A DNA stretch of 24,000 nucleotides from Acaryochloridaceae cyanobacterium SU_2_1 (GTDB taxonomy: Bacteria; Cyanobacteriota; Cyanobacteriia; Thermosynechococcales; Thermosynechococcaceae), in NCBI GenBank assembly GCA_012030735.1, contig JAAUUW010000009.1:18023-42022 (forward strand), given 5' to 3'. Positions 10,778 through 20,456 of this stretch are shown here, one piece after another (the stretch's first letter is position 1; every line of letters starts with the position of its first letter). The notes beneath the pieces are model-generated. The model searched no databases, was not told the DNA's origin, and saw nothing but the letters and a program-made list of their open reading frames with translations. A program made the position numbers and the translations under genes.

Positions 10778-12196
10778 TCAAGAGGAGATCAAACTGCGAA
10801 CATCCGCGACTTGGCCCTTGATCGCTGCTGCCACCACCATTGCCGGACTCATCAATAGCGTCCGTCCTGAGGCGGATCCCTGACGTCCCTTAAAGTTGCG
10901 GTTAGAAGAAGAGGCGCTCAGTTCTCGGCCTTGCAGCTTATCGGGGTTCATCGCCAAACACATCGAGCAACCCGGTTCTCGCCATTCAAAACCGGCCTGC
11001 TCAAAGATGCGATCCAACCCTTCGGCCTCGGCTTGTTGTTTGACCAGTTCTGAACCAGGAACCACAAAGGCTTTGACCCCTGGGGCAACTTGCTGTCCTT
11101 GGGCAAATTGGGCTGCTTCCCGGAGGTCACTTAGCCGACCATTGGTGCAACTGCCAATAAAACAGACATCGATCTTAGTGCCTTGAATGGGCTGGCCAGG
11201 CTCGAGATCCATGTAGCGATAAGCTTCTTCTGCCAGGGGCTGATCAGCAGCAGTAAAGGCGTCTAGGGTGGGTACCACTTCGTCAATGCCAATGCCTTGG
11301 CCGGGCGTAATACCCCAAGTCACCGTGGGGGGAATAGTGGCTGCATCAAAAACCACCACATCATCATAGAGAGCATCCGCATTGCTGCGAATACTTTGCC
11401 ACCAAGCCACGGCTCGATCCCAATCGGCGGCTGAGGGAGCATTGGGTTTGCCTTGCAAGTAATCGAAGGTGATTTGATCGGGATTGATATAGCCGCATCG
11501 CGCCCCCCCTTCAATGGACATATTGCAAACTGTCATTCGTTCTTCCATTTGCATCGCCTCAAAGGTCGTGCCCGCAAATTCATAGGCATAACCGACGCCA
11601 CCCTTGACCCCCAGGCTGCGAATGATATGTAAAATCACGTCCTTGGCATAGACACCAGGCTTGAGATTGCCATTGACTTCAATTTTACGGACTTTCAGTT
11701 TAGAGAGGGATAGGGTTTGGGAGGCCAATACATCTCGAACTTGGCTAGTGCCAATTCCAAAGGCGATCGCACCAAAGGCACCATGGGTTGAGGTATGGCT
11801 ATCACCACAGGCAATAGTCATACCCGGTTGGGTTAAACCTTGTTCTGGAGCAATCACATGGACAATACCTTGCTTGCCAGAGCCAATATCGTGAAAGGTA
11901 ATCTGATGTTCTTGGCAACTCTGCTCTAACGCCTGCATCATTTCTTCCGCCAAGGCATCGGCAAAGGGTCGTCTTTGATCCGCCGTGGGCACAATGTGAT
12001 CAACGGTGGCCACGGTCCGCTCTGGGTACAACACCTTCAGATTACGCCCGGCGAGCATGGCAAAGGCTTGGGGGCTAGTGACTTCATGGATCAGGTGTAA
12101 TCCAATAAAGAGCTGAGTTTGGCCCGAAGGCAGGACCCCGACAGTATGGAGATCCCAAACTTTATCAAATAGCGTCCCTTGACTCATGACTGGCAA
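10778..12196 (-). CDS. leuC: 3-isopropylmalate dehydratase large subunit
   Basis: 472 aa intact; [54 protein letters not shown] (4Fe-4S cysteines). Confidence 0.96.
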   Translation of the reverse strand: MPVMSQGTLFDKVWDLHTVGVLPSGQTQLFIGLHLIHEVTSPQAFAMLAGRNLKVLYPERTVATVDHIVPTADQRRPFADALAEEMMQALEQSCQEHQITFHDIGSGKQGIVHVIAPEQGLTQPGMTIACGDSHTSTHGAFGAIAFGIGTSQVRDVLASQTLSLSKLKVRKIEVNGNLKPGVYAKDVILHIIRSLGVKGGVGYAYEFAGTTFEAMQMEERMTVCNMSIEGGARCGYINPDQITFDYLQGKPNAPSAADWDRAVAWWQSIRSNADALYDDVVVFDAATIPPTVTWGITPGQGIGIDEVVPTLDAFTAADQPLAEEAYRYMDLEPGQPIQGTKIDVCFIGSCTNGRLSDLREAAQFAQGQQVAPGVKAFVVPGSELVKQQAEAEGLDRIFEQAGFEWREPGCSMCLAMNPDKLQGRELSASSSNRNFKGRQGSASGRTLLMSPAMVVAAAIKGQVADVRSLISS

Positions 12197-12297
12197 TATA
12201 TCAATGTGCGGATGGACCCCAATTCTATCTCAAACTCGCCGATGGATCGCCTATTATCGGTGGTCTATTGTTGACCTAAGGCTAGAAAGAGTCAATC

Positions 12298-12324
12298 GTC
12301 CCTAGGGTGTAACATCCTAGGGAC
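12298..12324 (-). terminator. Possible terminator hairpin downstream of the LURP-one-like gene
   Basis: GTCCCTAGG-GTGTAACAT-CCTAGGGAC, perfect 9-bp arms, starting 7 bp after the stop at 12332; no strong U tract. Confidence 0.4.
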
Positions 12325-12331
12325 CCTAACC

Positions 12332-12922
12332 TTAACCCCGATTTCGCTCTAGCAAAATCATCATCAGTAAGCTGAGGACGGCCAGTTGCTGCTCCTGCTC
12401 AGTCATCTGATCGACTTGCTTGATCGTAAAGATCCGCGACAAGAAGGCAGGGACTTTGCTGAAATGCATGACAACGGTGCCATCTGGCCGGGTCACATGA
12501 AAGGTCGGGTTAAAGAAATAGCCCGTAAACAGTCCCAAGATCGGGATTTCAGCAAATAGGGCATCCATGATTTTGACCCAGGGATTTTCCTCATGGATGG
12601 ACAATACTGGGACTTCACTGGAACCACCGGCAATATCGTAATGGGCTTTCCAGATCGACTTCATCCCTTTGCGCTTGACGGAGCCTAGCTCTGTGCCGTT
12701 GCGATCGCGAAAATGATACCGGGCCGAAAAATCAATAATTCGATCCGCACTGATCGAATAGACCGGTTGAGTTTGGGCCTCATCGGCACAAATGGTGATT
12801 TGCTCTCTCAGCTTGAATAACTTTTGCCGCACATAGAGCAGCAAATTGCCCGTAGCATCGTTGACATAGATTTGAGGCGCAAGGGCAAACAGCTTAAATT
12901 TAAGGGTCAGTGGATATTGCAT
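12332..12922 (-). CDS. LURP-one-related / tubby-C-like (DUF567-type) protein
   Basis: 196 aa; MQYPLTLKFKLFALAPQIYVNDATGNLLLYVRQKLFKLREQITI...; internal YHFRDRNGTELGSVKRKGMKSIWKAHYDI pattern. Confidence 0.7.
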   Translation of the reverse strand: MQYPLTLKFKLFALAPQIYVNDATGNLLLYVRQKLFKLREQITICADEAQTQPVYSISADRIIDFSARYHFRDRNGTELGSVKRKGMKSIWKAHYDIAGGSSEVPVLSIHEENPWVKIMDALFAEIPILGLFTGYFFNPTFHVTRPDGTVVMHFSKVPAFLSRIFTIKQVDQMTEQEQQLAVLSLLMMILLERNRG

Positions 12923-13198
12923 AGGATATCTAAAGATAAAAACGTCAAGATACAGGAAGATAAGGGATTAATATCAAGTTTTGACCACCATGGGATTGAT
13001 CCTGATCACCGGTGATCGCGTTAGGTTATCCATGGCATAGTCATACTAGGATCAAGGCTGCTCAATCCCTTAACAGTATGCCCAGACCTTCTAAATAGGC
13101 TATCATCCCAGCGGGTTTTGGCACTCCTGCCTTCATGGGCTCTTGCTACCCTTGGACGGCTCGCACAAAGGAGCGGTCTGAATTAAGAAAAACTAAGT

Positions 13199-14423
13199 CT
13201 ATAGAGAACAAGCTTCTAAAGAAGCAGCCAATTCTAACGCTGTTTGGAACCGATAGTCAGGATAGGGATGGGTCGCTTTTTCGATGATCGTCCTTAGGAG
13301 AGGCGGAATACTCAAAATATGGGTCAGATGGACTCGATAGCCTTGCCCTAAGTTTTTATAGAATTTTTAAGGGACTTTGACCCGTCAACAAAAACAACAA
13401 GGTTGCGCCCAGACCGTAGAGATCGGACTGGATTTGTGGCCTCCCTAAGCCCTGTTCTGGCGCAGTATAGCCCTCAACGGCAATGCGAGTTCCGGGTAAA
13501 AGGCTGGCTTCTTTAACCGTACCAAAGTCAAGAATGAAGATCCGTTGATCTCGGATCCGCACCATCAAGTTACTGGGTTTAAGATCGCGATGTATCACAG
13601 GGGGGCTTTGATCATGCAGATAATCTAGGATGTGACAGGCTTGAATCAGCCAATTCAGGGCTTTGGGGATTGGCAGAGGCCCATGGCGATTCACCCATTG
13701 CTCTAAGTCTTGACCGGGAATCAGCTCCATCGCTAAATACTGGGTATGGCCTTGGCTGAAGTGATCGAAGAATTTGGGAATACCAGGATGATGGAGCGAT
13801 CGCAAAACCCGAGCTTCCCGCTTGAATAACTCCTGAGCCTTAGGAATTCGCAAAATTTCAGTCTTCATCTCCTTCAGCACTTGGGCTTGAGGTCGAGAAG
13901 AAGAAGTCCTCGGTGGCAGCACTAGAAACGTCGTTCCCATCCCCCCGGCCCCCAAAACCCTTAAGACCTGATAGGCATTGATCGTTTTGAGGACCTGGAG
14001 GGGCTCACCACAGTGAATACAAAATAAATTATCGGCGGCATTGCCAAGATGAAGGCATGCTGTTGTTGGGATCTCTTCGCAATCTGTCTCTAGCATCAAT
14101 CTGGGCGGCGCGAGTTGCTCAAACCGGAGCAAAGGTCCCGTGAGGCCGAGCTGAATCATATTTTGATCCCTCAAAGCCGCCACCCGCATCCAGTGACCAT
14201 CTAGGAAGGTGCCATTGCTACCTATACTGTTCATTTCCCACTGCCATTGGCCCGGGCCGCCCCCCACTAGGCGCAACTCTAAGTGATAGCGAGACACCAA
14301 CAGATCTCGCAAGACAATATGATTATGCTTCGATCGGCCCACATTAATCTGTCGGGTTGCCGCAAAACGCCACTGGCGTAAAGGGTGGCGGTGGCGGGGG
14401 TCAAGGAGGGTTAGAGTAACCAC
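13199..14423 (-). pseudogene. FHA domain + Ser/Thr protein kinase, with a frameshift near the C terminus
   Basis: ORF 13356..14423: FHA-like INVGRSKHNHIVLRDLLVSRYHLEL...NSIGSNGTFLDG; kinase VLGAGGMGTTF, VIHRDLKPSNLMV, ILDFGTVK. Removing one base from the 5-T run at 13364-13368 continues as ...LKFYKNLGQGYRVHLTHILSIPPLLRTIIEKATHPYPDYRFQTALELAASLEACSL* to 13199. Confidence 0.85.
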
Positions 14424-14465
14424 AGATCAGCGGGGAATGAGGTCAATAGGACAATAAGCTAGGGA

Positions 14466-16604
14466 TTAGAGTCCTGGCATCTGGGACTGAACTTGCATCC
14501 AAATAGCCAGCACGGTGATATTGTCATGGCCATTATGCTCATTCGCCAGATCGATTAAGCGATTCACCCCCTGCTCCAGGGTTACTTGCCGATTTAAGAT
14601 CGGCAACAGATGACTCTCGGTATAGATTTCCAACAAACCATTGTCTGTTAAGCCATCGGAGCAAATCAACAATAGGGTATCTTCTGTGGCACTCAGCCGT
14701 TGCACATCAGGCAGAATGGCCTGATTATCACGAGGTCCTAAGGCTTGGGTTAATTGATAGGCATCGGGGCGGGCATAGGCGACTGCGGGCGCAACCCCCC
14801 CGTTGAATTTCTCGTTGACCCACTTCGTGATCCACTGTCAGTTGCTCTAAACCTTGTTTATGAGTCAGTCGATACATCCGACTGTCTCCCACATGGGCGA
14901 TTTGGATGTCGGTGTTTTGGATGATGGCAACTACCGCTGTGGTGCCCATCCGGCCACTGCCTGTCCCTGCTTGGGCTTCATTAGCGGCAAATAGAGCGTG
15001 GTTGGCTGCGTAAATAGCCTCTGTCATTGTGGATTCGTCGGGGAACTCCTCTTGCCAGTGAGTATCAAAATACTGGGTGAGCGTATCGGCGGCTAAGGCG
15101 CTGGCCACCTCCCCACTGGCATGACCACCCATGCCGTCACAAAGCAAATATAAACCGCGAACTGTGAGGTGGTGACCTGCTGGGCTAGTGGTTTCTAGAA
15201 TCTGCTGATCAATAACAAAATAATCTTCATTATGGTGGCGATCGCGACCCTCATCGGTTTGACCAAAGGCTGCGATCGCCAACAACTGATCGGGCAAGAT
15301 CACCGTTGCTGGCCCACCGTCCGACAACCCCGATGATCCAGTTGAGTGATCAGCTGCTGGCCCCCAGGCTTGGAGGCCAGCAGCTTGGGCTAGCCACTGA
15401 TTGACATCAGACAGGCATTTCTGCAACTGGGCCTGACTGATCGTCTCTGGCTCTGCCAGGCGACGGGCCAACAGGCTTAGGGCTTGATCATGGTCTGGAA
15501 GCAACTGTGCAAGCCAGTCTAGCCAGAGTTCACGGAGTTGATGCCAAAAGGTCGAATCAGGGAGGTGATTGGTAATGGTTAGTCTACCGGCAGCCATCTC
15601 ATTATTCTGGGCAAAGCATAATCGCTCCAGACAAAGAATTTGCTGATGTTCAACTCGGATATTATCAGCAGAGAATAGGCTTTCCCCGCATTGCCAAGGG
15701 ATACAAGTAACGGCAAAATCAAGAGTTTGCTGGAACCAATTAACCAAAAGTTGGGGATGCACCGTGGCTTGGCTTAACACCTGGGTCAACTTGGGCAGCG
15801 CCGTCCGATTTCAAGTAGTAGCACCACCCCCCACTCAGATTGCCAAGCATCGTGAAGATGGGGCAACAATAAGGGAAAGGCTTGCCGGAGGGCTAAGTAA
15901 GGCTCGACAAGGGAAGGTACTGCTAAGGGCTGGGTTTGCAGAAAGGCCGTAATCGCCCCAGGATTACCCATCACCGCTGGAGTCGTCAGCTCTTGCATCT
16001 GACTCATCAAGATCGACAAGGGCGACACCACAAAAGGCTCTAGATCCAAGAGCTGAAATCGCTCTAAAGCTTCATTCTCAGCCGTAGCAGTGCCAGAATC
16101 TAGGAGGCGATAGCGCTGATTTTCTGCCAAAAAAGCCCTCAAAGCTGAGGGTAGAGCAGGTAATGCTTGCCGATCGGGTGAATCATCTGCCACTGTCCAG
16201 ACTGGGCCGGCAGCCGATGATGGGGGCTGATCTTCAAAACCCTGAACGAGCCCAGGTTCAGTCATGCCTTGAATCAGTTGTTCAACGCAACTTAAGATTT
16301 CTGCTGAGGTTAGTTCTATGGCTGGACTGGGCTTGTCCAAAGACAAGACTGAGTTAGCAACTACAGCATTCAAAGCCCCTACAGATTGGAGCAAGGGATC
16401 TTCTTCTGGCTGATCCAGAGACGGAAACAGCTCCACCTGCCAAAGGGTGGCAGTTAAATGGCCACATTCAGGACAATTTAAGCTATCAAACTCAACAAAA
16501 TGACCACAGTTAGCACAGGTCTTATGGAACAAAGAAGTGCCACATTGCTGACAGAATCGATGATCATCAACATTGTGAAAATGACACTGTGGACATTTGA
16601 TCAT
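14466..16604 (-). pseudogene. PP2C-type Ser/Thr protein phosphatase with N-terminal double zinc ribbon; two frameshifts
   Basis: Parts of ORFs 15786..17360, 14728..15789 and 14466..14705. MIKCPQC...FCQQCG...CANC...CPECG; ...EDYF, LCDGMGGHASGE, IAHVGDSRMYRL, LICSDGLTDN, GHDNITV. Breaks at AAA in CTTGAAATCGG near 15803-15806 ([18 protein letters not shown] when repaired) and at the 7-C run 14795-14801 (GVAPAVAYARPDAYQLTQALGPRDNQAILPDVQRLSATEDT when repaired). Confidence 0.85.
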
Positions 16605-16622
16605 CCTAAGGGGGGTGATGGT

Positions 16623-16658
16623 GAGGTGGGTATAAGCTAAGGCAATTCTACCCACCTC
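16623..16658. repeat. Perfect inverted repeat, 10-bp arms, just upstream of the phosphatase start
   Basis: GAGGTGGGTA (16623-16632) / TACCCACCTC (16649-16658), 16-nt spacer. Confidence 0.8.
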
Positions 16659-16708
16659 TGGGTATTTTTCACTCCGGTAAATTACGGAAATTATCATAAA
16701 CACTTTGG

Positions 16709-16762
16709 GGAACAAGTTACTCAAGGGCAAGTAGGGGGGCTTGCCCTTGAGTAACTTGTTCC
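16709..16762. repeat. Perfect inverted repeat with 23-bp arms and 8-nt loop
   Basis: GGAACAAGTTACTCAAGGGCAAG (16709-16731) - TAGGGGGG - CTTGCCCTTGAGTAACTTGTTCC (16740-16762). Confidence 0.95.
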
Positions 16763-16784
16763 TTGGCTTTTGCTTCTGGTGAGT

Positions 16785-17360
16785 GATTTCCTGAAGATCT
16801 TGCACCTCCCTGGGCGTTAAATGTCGCCATTGGCCTGGTTGTAACTCATTGTGAGATAAATGAGCGATCGCAACTCGTACCAACCGCAAGGTCGGTAGCC
16901 CTACGGCTGCCGTCATCCGTCTCACTTGACGATTTTTCCCTTCATATAAGGTCATTTCTAGCCAGGCCGTCGGAATATGCTGACGAAACCGGATGGGCGG
17001 CTGGCGAGGCGGCAGTGGAGGAGCCTCCTCTAGCAAGGTGACTTGGGCCGGACGACTGCGATAGTTGCGAATCATCACCCCCCTAGACAAGGCTTGCAAC
17101 GCGGTTGGATCGGGACTATTTTCCACCTGCACCCAATAGGTACGGGGATGGCCAAAGGCTGGATCAGACAACCGATGCTGTAGCCAACCATGATTGGTTA
17201 ACAACAGTAAGCCCTCGCTATCACGATCCAAGCGCCCCACCGGATAGACATCGGGCATTTCTATATAGTCTTTCAGGGTAGGATGGGAGGTCTGTTGGCG
17301 ATCACTAAACTGACTAAGAACCCCGTAAGGCTTATAAAACAATAGATATTGCCAAACCAT
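16785..17360 (-). CDS. rluE: rRNA large subunit pseudouridine synthase, RluE-like (RsuA/RluE family); the frame has no stop here and runs on to 15786. The 3' limit given is my estimate of the domain end.
   Basis: [20 protein letters not shown]...[31 protein letters not shown]...KTYWVQVE-like, [31 protein letters not shown]. Confidence 0.85.
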
Positions 17361-17477
17361 AACCCTTCCCTATAGAACAAAACCAGCAGGACTGCCCAAG
17401 ACTCCTATGATTATCAATGCGATGGGCGTTATATTCATAGGCTAGGCTGGCAACTAGACTTACAAACATGGCAATCG

Positions 17478-18470
17478 ATGGATCTCCTGCGCTCACTTCC
17501 CCTAGGACTATATCTAGAACAACCCCAAACTTGGTTGCACCGCCTTGATCCCCGAGTCAAACTTGCTTGGCTGATGATGTTTTTACTCTCACCCTTGCTA
17601 GCCAATTCTCTCTGGCGTTTGGTGTTGGTGATCGCTCTGATCCTCTTAACGATTGCGGCATTGATACCCTTAAAGGTTTGGCGCAAGCAGATTGGCTTGC
17701 TCTGTTTGCTCTGTTTGCTGATCGGCGGCGTGAGTGCGATGATGCCCGATGGACTCACCCTCAGTTACCAACCCCGGCTGCCCGCTGATGAGTTGCAGAG
17801 CCTGGAAGCTCCACCACCGCCAGTGGCGACGAGCGCGCCTTGGTATCAGCCCCTTTTGTTTTGGCAGCAGCCCAGCCCAGTCTTATCGCGATCTAAGGCT
17901 ACGGCTCCCCCCTTGCCCCAACCCACTCCCTATCGGTATGTTCTCTTTCATCAAGGTCCAGTGCGGGTTACCCGTGGATCCTTCGAGTTAGGGTTACGGT
18001 TGAGTACCTGGCTCTTTACCCTAATCTATGGCACCAATCTATATCTGCTCACCACCTCCCCCGAAGAAATTACCGTTGCCCTAGAACATCTCTTCCAACC
18101 CCTGAAGCGATGGCGGCTTCCCATTACCGAAGTGGTTTTAACCCTTACCTTAGCCCTGCGCTTCATCCCCTTGGTGCTAGAAGAAATTCAGAATTTAATC
18201 AGAGCCGTGCGGACGCGGGCCATTCAGTGGAAAAAACTGGGGGTTCGCGGTGGCATTCAAGTTTGGCTGATGTTGGCGGATCGTCTACTCGAAAATTTGT
18301 TTTTGCGGGCAGAACAAGTGGCGAGCGCCATGGCGGTCAGAGGGTTTACCAGTCCCAATCACCATCAGGTGCAATGGCATCAGTTGCGTCTAGGCTATCG
18401 AGATGGGTTGGCCCTCCTTCTGGTGGTTATTGTTTGGGGCCTTCGTCTATGGATTGGTTCCATAGGATAA
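17478..18470 (+). CDS. CbiQ/EcfT family energy-coupling factor transporter transmembrane protein
   Basis: 330 aa; LHRLDPRVKLAWLMMFLLSPLLAN, LLTTSPEEITVALEHLFQPLKRWRLPITEVVLTLTLALRFIPLVLEEIQNLIRAVRTRA. Confidence 0.85.
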   Translation: MDLLRSLPLGLYLEQPQTWLHRLDPRVKLAWLMMFLLSPLLANSLWRLVLVIALILLTIAALIPLKVWRKQIGLLCLLCLLIGGVSAMMPDGLTLSYQPRLPADELQSLEAPPPPVATSAPWYQPLLFWQQPSPVLSRSKATAPPLPQPTPYRYVLFHQGPVRVTRGSFELGLRLSTWLFTLIYGTNLYLLTTSPEEITVALEHLFQPLKRWRLPITEVVLTLTLALRFIPLVLEEIQNLIRAVRTRAIQWKKLGVRGGIQVWLMLADRLLENLFLRAEQVASAMAVRGFTSPNHHQVQWHQLRLGYRDGLALLLVVIVWGLRLWIGSIG

Positions 18471-18492
18471 AGTCACCCTGAGCTGATGACAT

Positions 18493-19914
18493 ATGGATCA
18501 CTTGCAACCCTGGCATTGGCGATCGCATCCCCTTGCAAACCGGACTGGTGCCGATATTTTTGCAGCATTGTTTCGGCGAAATAACATTGCCACCTTACTA
18601 GAAAGCCCCTATTCACTGGGCCAGCAGACTCGCCATCGCTATTCCCTTTGTGCTGGTCAACCTAGACAAATAAACGGCCAAGTCCAACTATGGACACCCT
18701 CTCGGGGAGAGATCCTACCCTGTTTAGCCCAGCGTTTGCAGCAACCTGTACCAGAGCCGGAGCCAGCGGTGTCCCCCTTGCCCTTTGTGGGCGGCTGGTT
18801 AGGTTGGCTCGGCTACGACTTAGCCTGGGAGATCGAACAACTCCCTTGGCTGCGAGAAGATTCGCTACCCTTTCCCGTCGCCTATTGGTACGAACCAGAA
18901 AACTTTGCGGTGCTAGATCATCACCAGCAATTGCTCTGGCTAGCTACCACCGATCCTCAGCAATTGGACGAGTTAACAGAGCAGCTCAAGCATCCTCAAG
19001 CTCAGCGCTGGTCTTCATGGTCTTCCCTCAGCCCTCAAGGGCTAACCTTCATGACCAATAAGGCAGAGTATGAAGGAATGGTTGAACAGGTTTTGGGCCA
19101 TATTCGCGCTGGCGATATTTTTCAAGCCAACCTATCTACGCGATTTGGGGTAGAAGCAAGCTTAGATCCCTGGTGTTTATACCAGACCCTGCAAGCCATC
19201 AATCCCTCACCCTTTGCTAGCTACTGGCAAACCCCCTGGGGAGCGGTGGTAAGTTGCTCCCCAGAGCGATTGGTACAGTTGAAGGGCCGCCAAGCTCAGA
19301 CTCGACCGATTGCCGGAACGCGATCACGAGGTACCACGCCCACCCTTGATCAAGCCCTCGCCCAAGATCTATTGTCTAATCTCAAGGAACGAGCAGAACA
19401 TACCATGCTGGTTGATCTAGAACGCAATGACCTAGGCCGAGTTTGCCAATGGGGATCAGTGCGGGTGGACGAGTTCTATGTCCTAGAGTTCTACAGCCAT
19501 GTCATGCATTTAGTGAGCAATATTACCGGAACCCTCAAGGCCAAGTGTACGCCCATCGATCTAATTCGATCCCTTTTCCCTGGGGGGACCATTAGTGGCT
19601 GCCCCAAGGTGCGCTGCCTAGAAATCATTGAAGAACTAGAGCCAGTTCGACGTAGTTTATTCTATGGATCCTGCGGCTATTTAGATCAGCGGGGCCATGT
19701 AGATCTCAATATTCTGATTCGCACCTTACTGGTGACCCCCCTTACCCCCACCCTCAAGCTAGGGAAAGATGAGCCAGTACCTGTCCAGATTTGGGGCCAA
19801 GTTGGGGCGGGCATTGTTGCAGATAGCAACCCAGAGCAAGAATGGTTCGAGTCCTTGCAAAAAGCCCAGGCTCAACTGGCAGCCCTGCAACAAATAAATG
19901 CTGGTCTTCCTTAG
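18493..19914 (+). CDS. pabB: Anthranilate synthase component I family, aminodeoxychorismate synthase component I-like
   Basis: 473 aa; FVGGWLGWLGYDLAWEIEQLP, GDIFQANLSTRF, PIAGTRSRG, ERAEHTMLVDLERNDLGRVC, GTISGCPKVRCLEIIEELEPVRRSLFYGSCGYLD, VGAGIVADSNPEQEW. Confidence 0.82.
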   Translation: MDHLQPWHWRSHPLANRTGADIFAALFRRNNIATLLESPYSLGQQTRHRYSLCAGQPRQINGQVQLWTPSRGEILPCLAQRLQQPVPEPEPAVSPLPFVGGWLGWLGYDLAWEIEQLPWLREDSLPFPVAYWYEPENFAVLDHHQQLLWLATTDPQQLDELTEQLKHPQAQRWSSWSSLSPQGLTFMTNKAEYEGMVEQVLGHIRAGDIFQANLSTRFGVEASLDPWCLYQTLQAINPSPFASYWQTPWGAVVSCSPERLVQLKGRQAQTRPIAGTRSRGTTPTLDQALAQDLLSNLKERAEHTMLVDLERNDLGRVCQWGSVRVDEFYVLEFYSHVMHLVSNITGTLKAKCTPIDLIRSLFPGGTISGCPKVRCLEIIEELEPVRRSLFYGSCGYLDQRGHVDLNILIRTLLVTPLTPTLKLGKDEPVPVQIWGQVGAGIVADSNPEQEWFESLQKAQAQLAALQQINAGLP

Positions 19915-20186
19915 GGTCATACCTTTCCAGCTATAATTGTCCTCGCCTGAAGATCTCTGAGCGTGGATCGATGTCTTTAGGATCTTTTTGCCCACTGCTT
20001 TTCATTTTTGTGTCGAGGCTACTCTTTAAAGTCTTTGATTGAATTGTTTGCTAAGCCGATGATTTCTTCCCTCTCCAAGAGTCCTGTAAGGGATGGAAAT
20101 GATCCCGTCACCCTGCTTTGATCTCCGTTAGGTGTACGATCTACCTTTGACAGCCGATTTCTATGATTTTTGGGTGATGACCAAAT

Positions 20187-20456
20187 ATGCTCACTGAAAA
20201 ATACCTCAATCATCCAACCTTCGGATTGCTGTTTAGTCTATCGATCATTGACGATCAAAGCTCTTTGTACACGACTCTCTATGCCCATCGGTTGTTTTTT
20301 GTGGTCACCGTGTCAGAGACAGGGCTAGAGTTTGCTTCCGTGACTCGTAATGAAGCTAGAATTGTGATGGAAAATCGCTTGCGATTCCTACGTCGATCGG
20401 GTTTACAGCGAGATTTTCAGGCACTCCAGCATGTCCATCAACAGACCTTTCATTGA
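20187..20456 (+). CDS. pipX: NtcA coactivator / PII-interacting protein PipX
   Basis: 89 aa; YLNHPTFGLLFSLSIIDDQSSLYTTLYAHRLFFVVT...EARIVMENRLRFLRRSG...LQHVHQQTF. Confidence 0.93.
   Translation: MLTEKYLNHPTFGLLFSLSIIDDQSSLYTTLYAHRLFFVVTVSETGLEFASVTRNEARIVMENRLRFLRRSGLQRDFQALQHVHQQTFH

Noticed and set aside
10745-10785. Small hairpins GCTGAT/ATCAGC and CCTCTT/AAGAGG at the leuC 3' end as a terminator
   Set aside because: Only 6-bp stems, overlapping the stop codon, with no U tract; too weak to call.
10896-11894. ORFs 10896..11186, 10948..11130, 11320..11514 and 11661..11894
   Set aside because: Shadows of intact leuC with no domain-like content.
17435-18481. ORFs 17435..17758 (-), 17567..17788, 17749..17991 and 18110..18481 (+)
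   Set aside because: All are antisense or out-of-frame shadows of the CbiQ/EcfT-like gene.
20138-20150. GTACGATCTAC upstream of pipX as an NtcA site
   Set aside because: NtcA consensus is GTA-N8-TAC; spacing here is N5.
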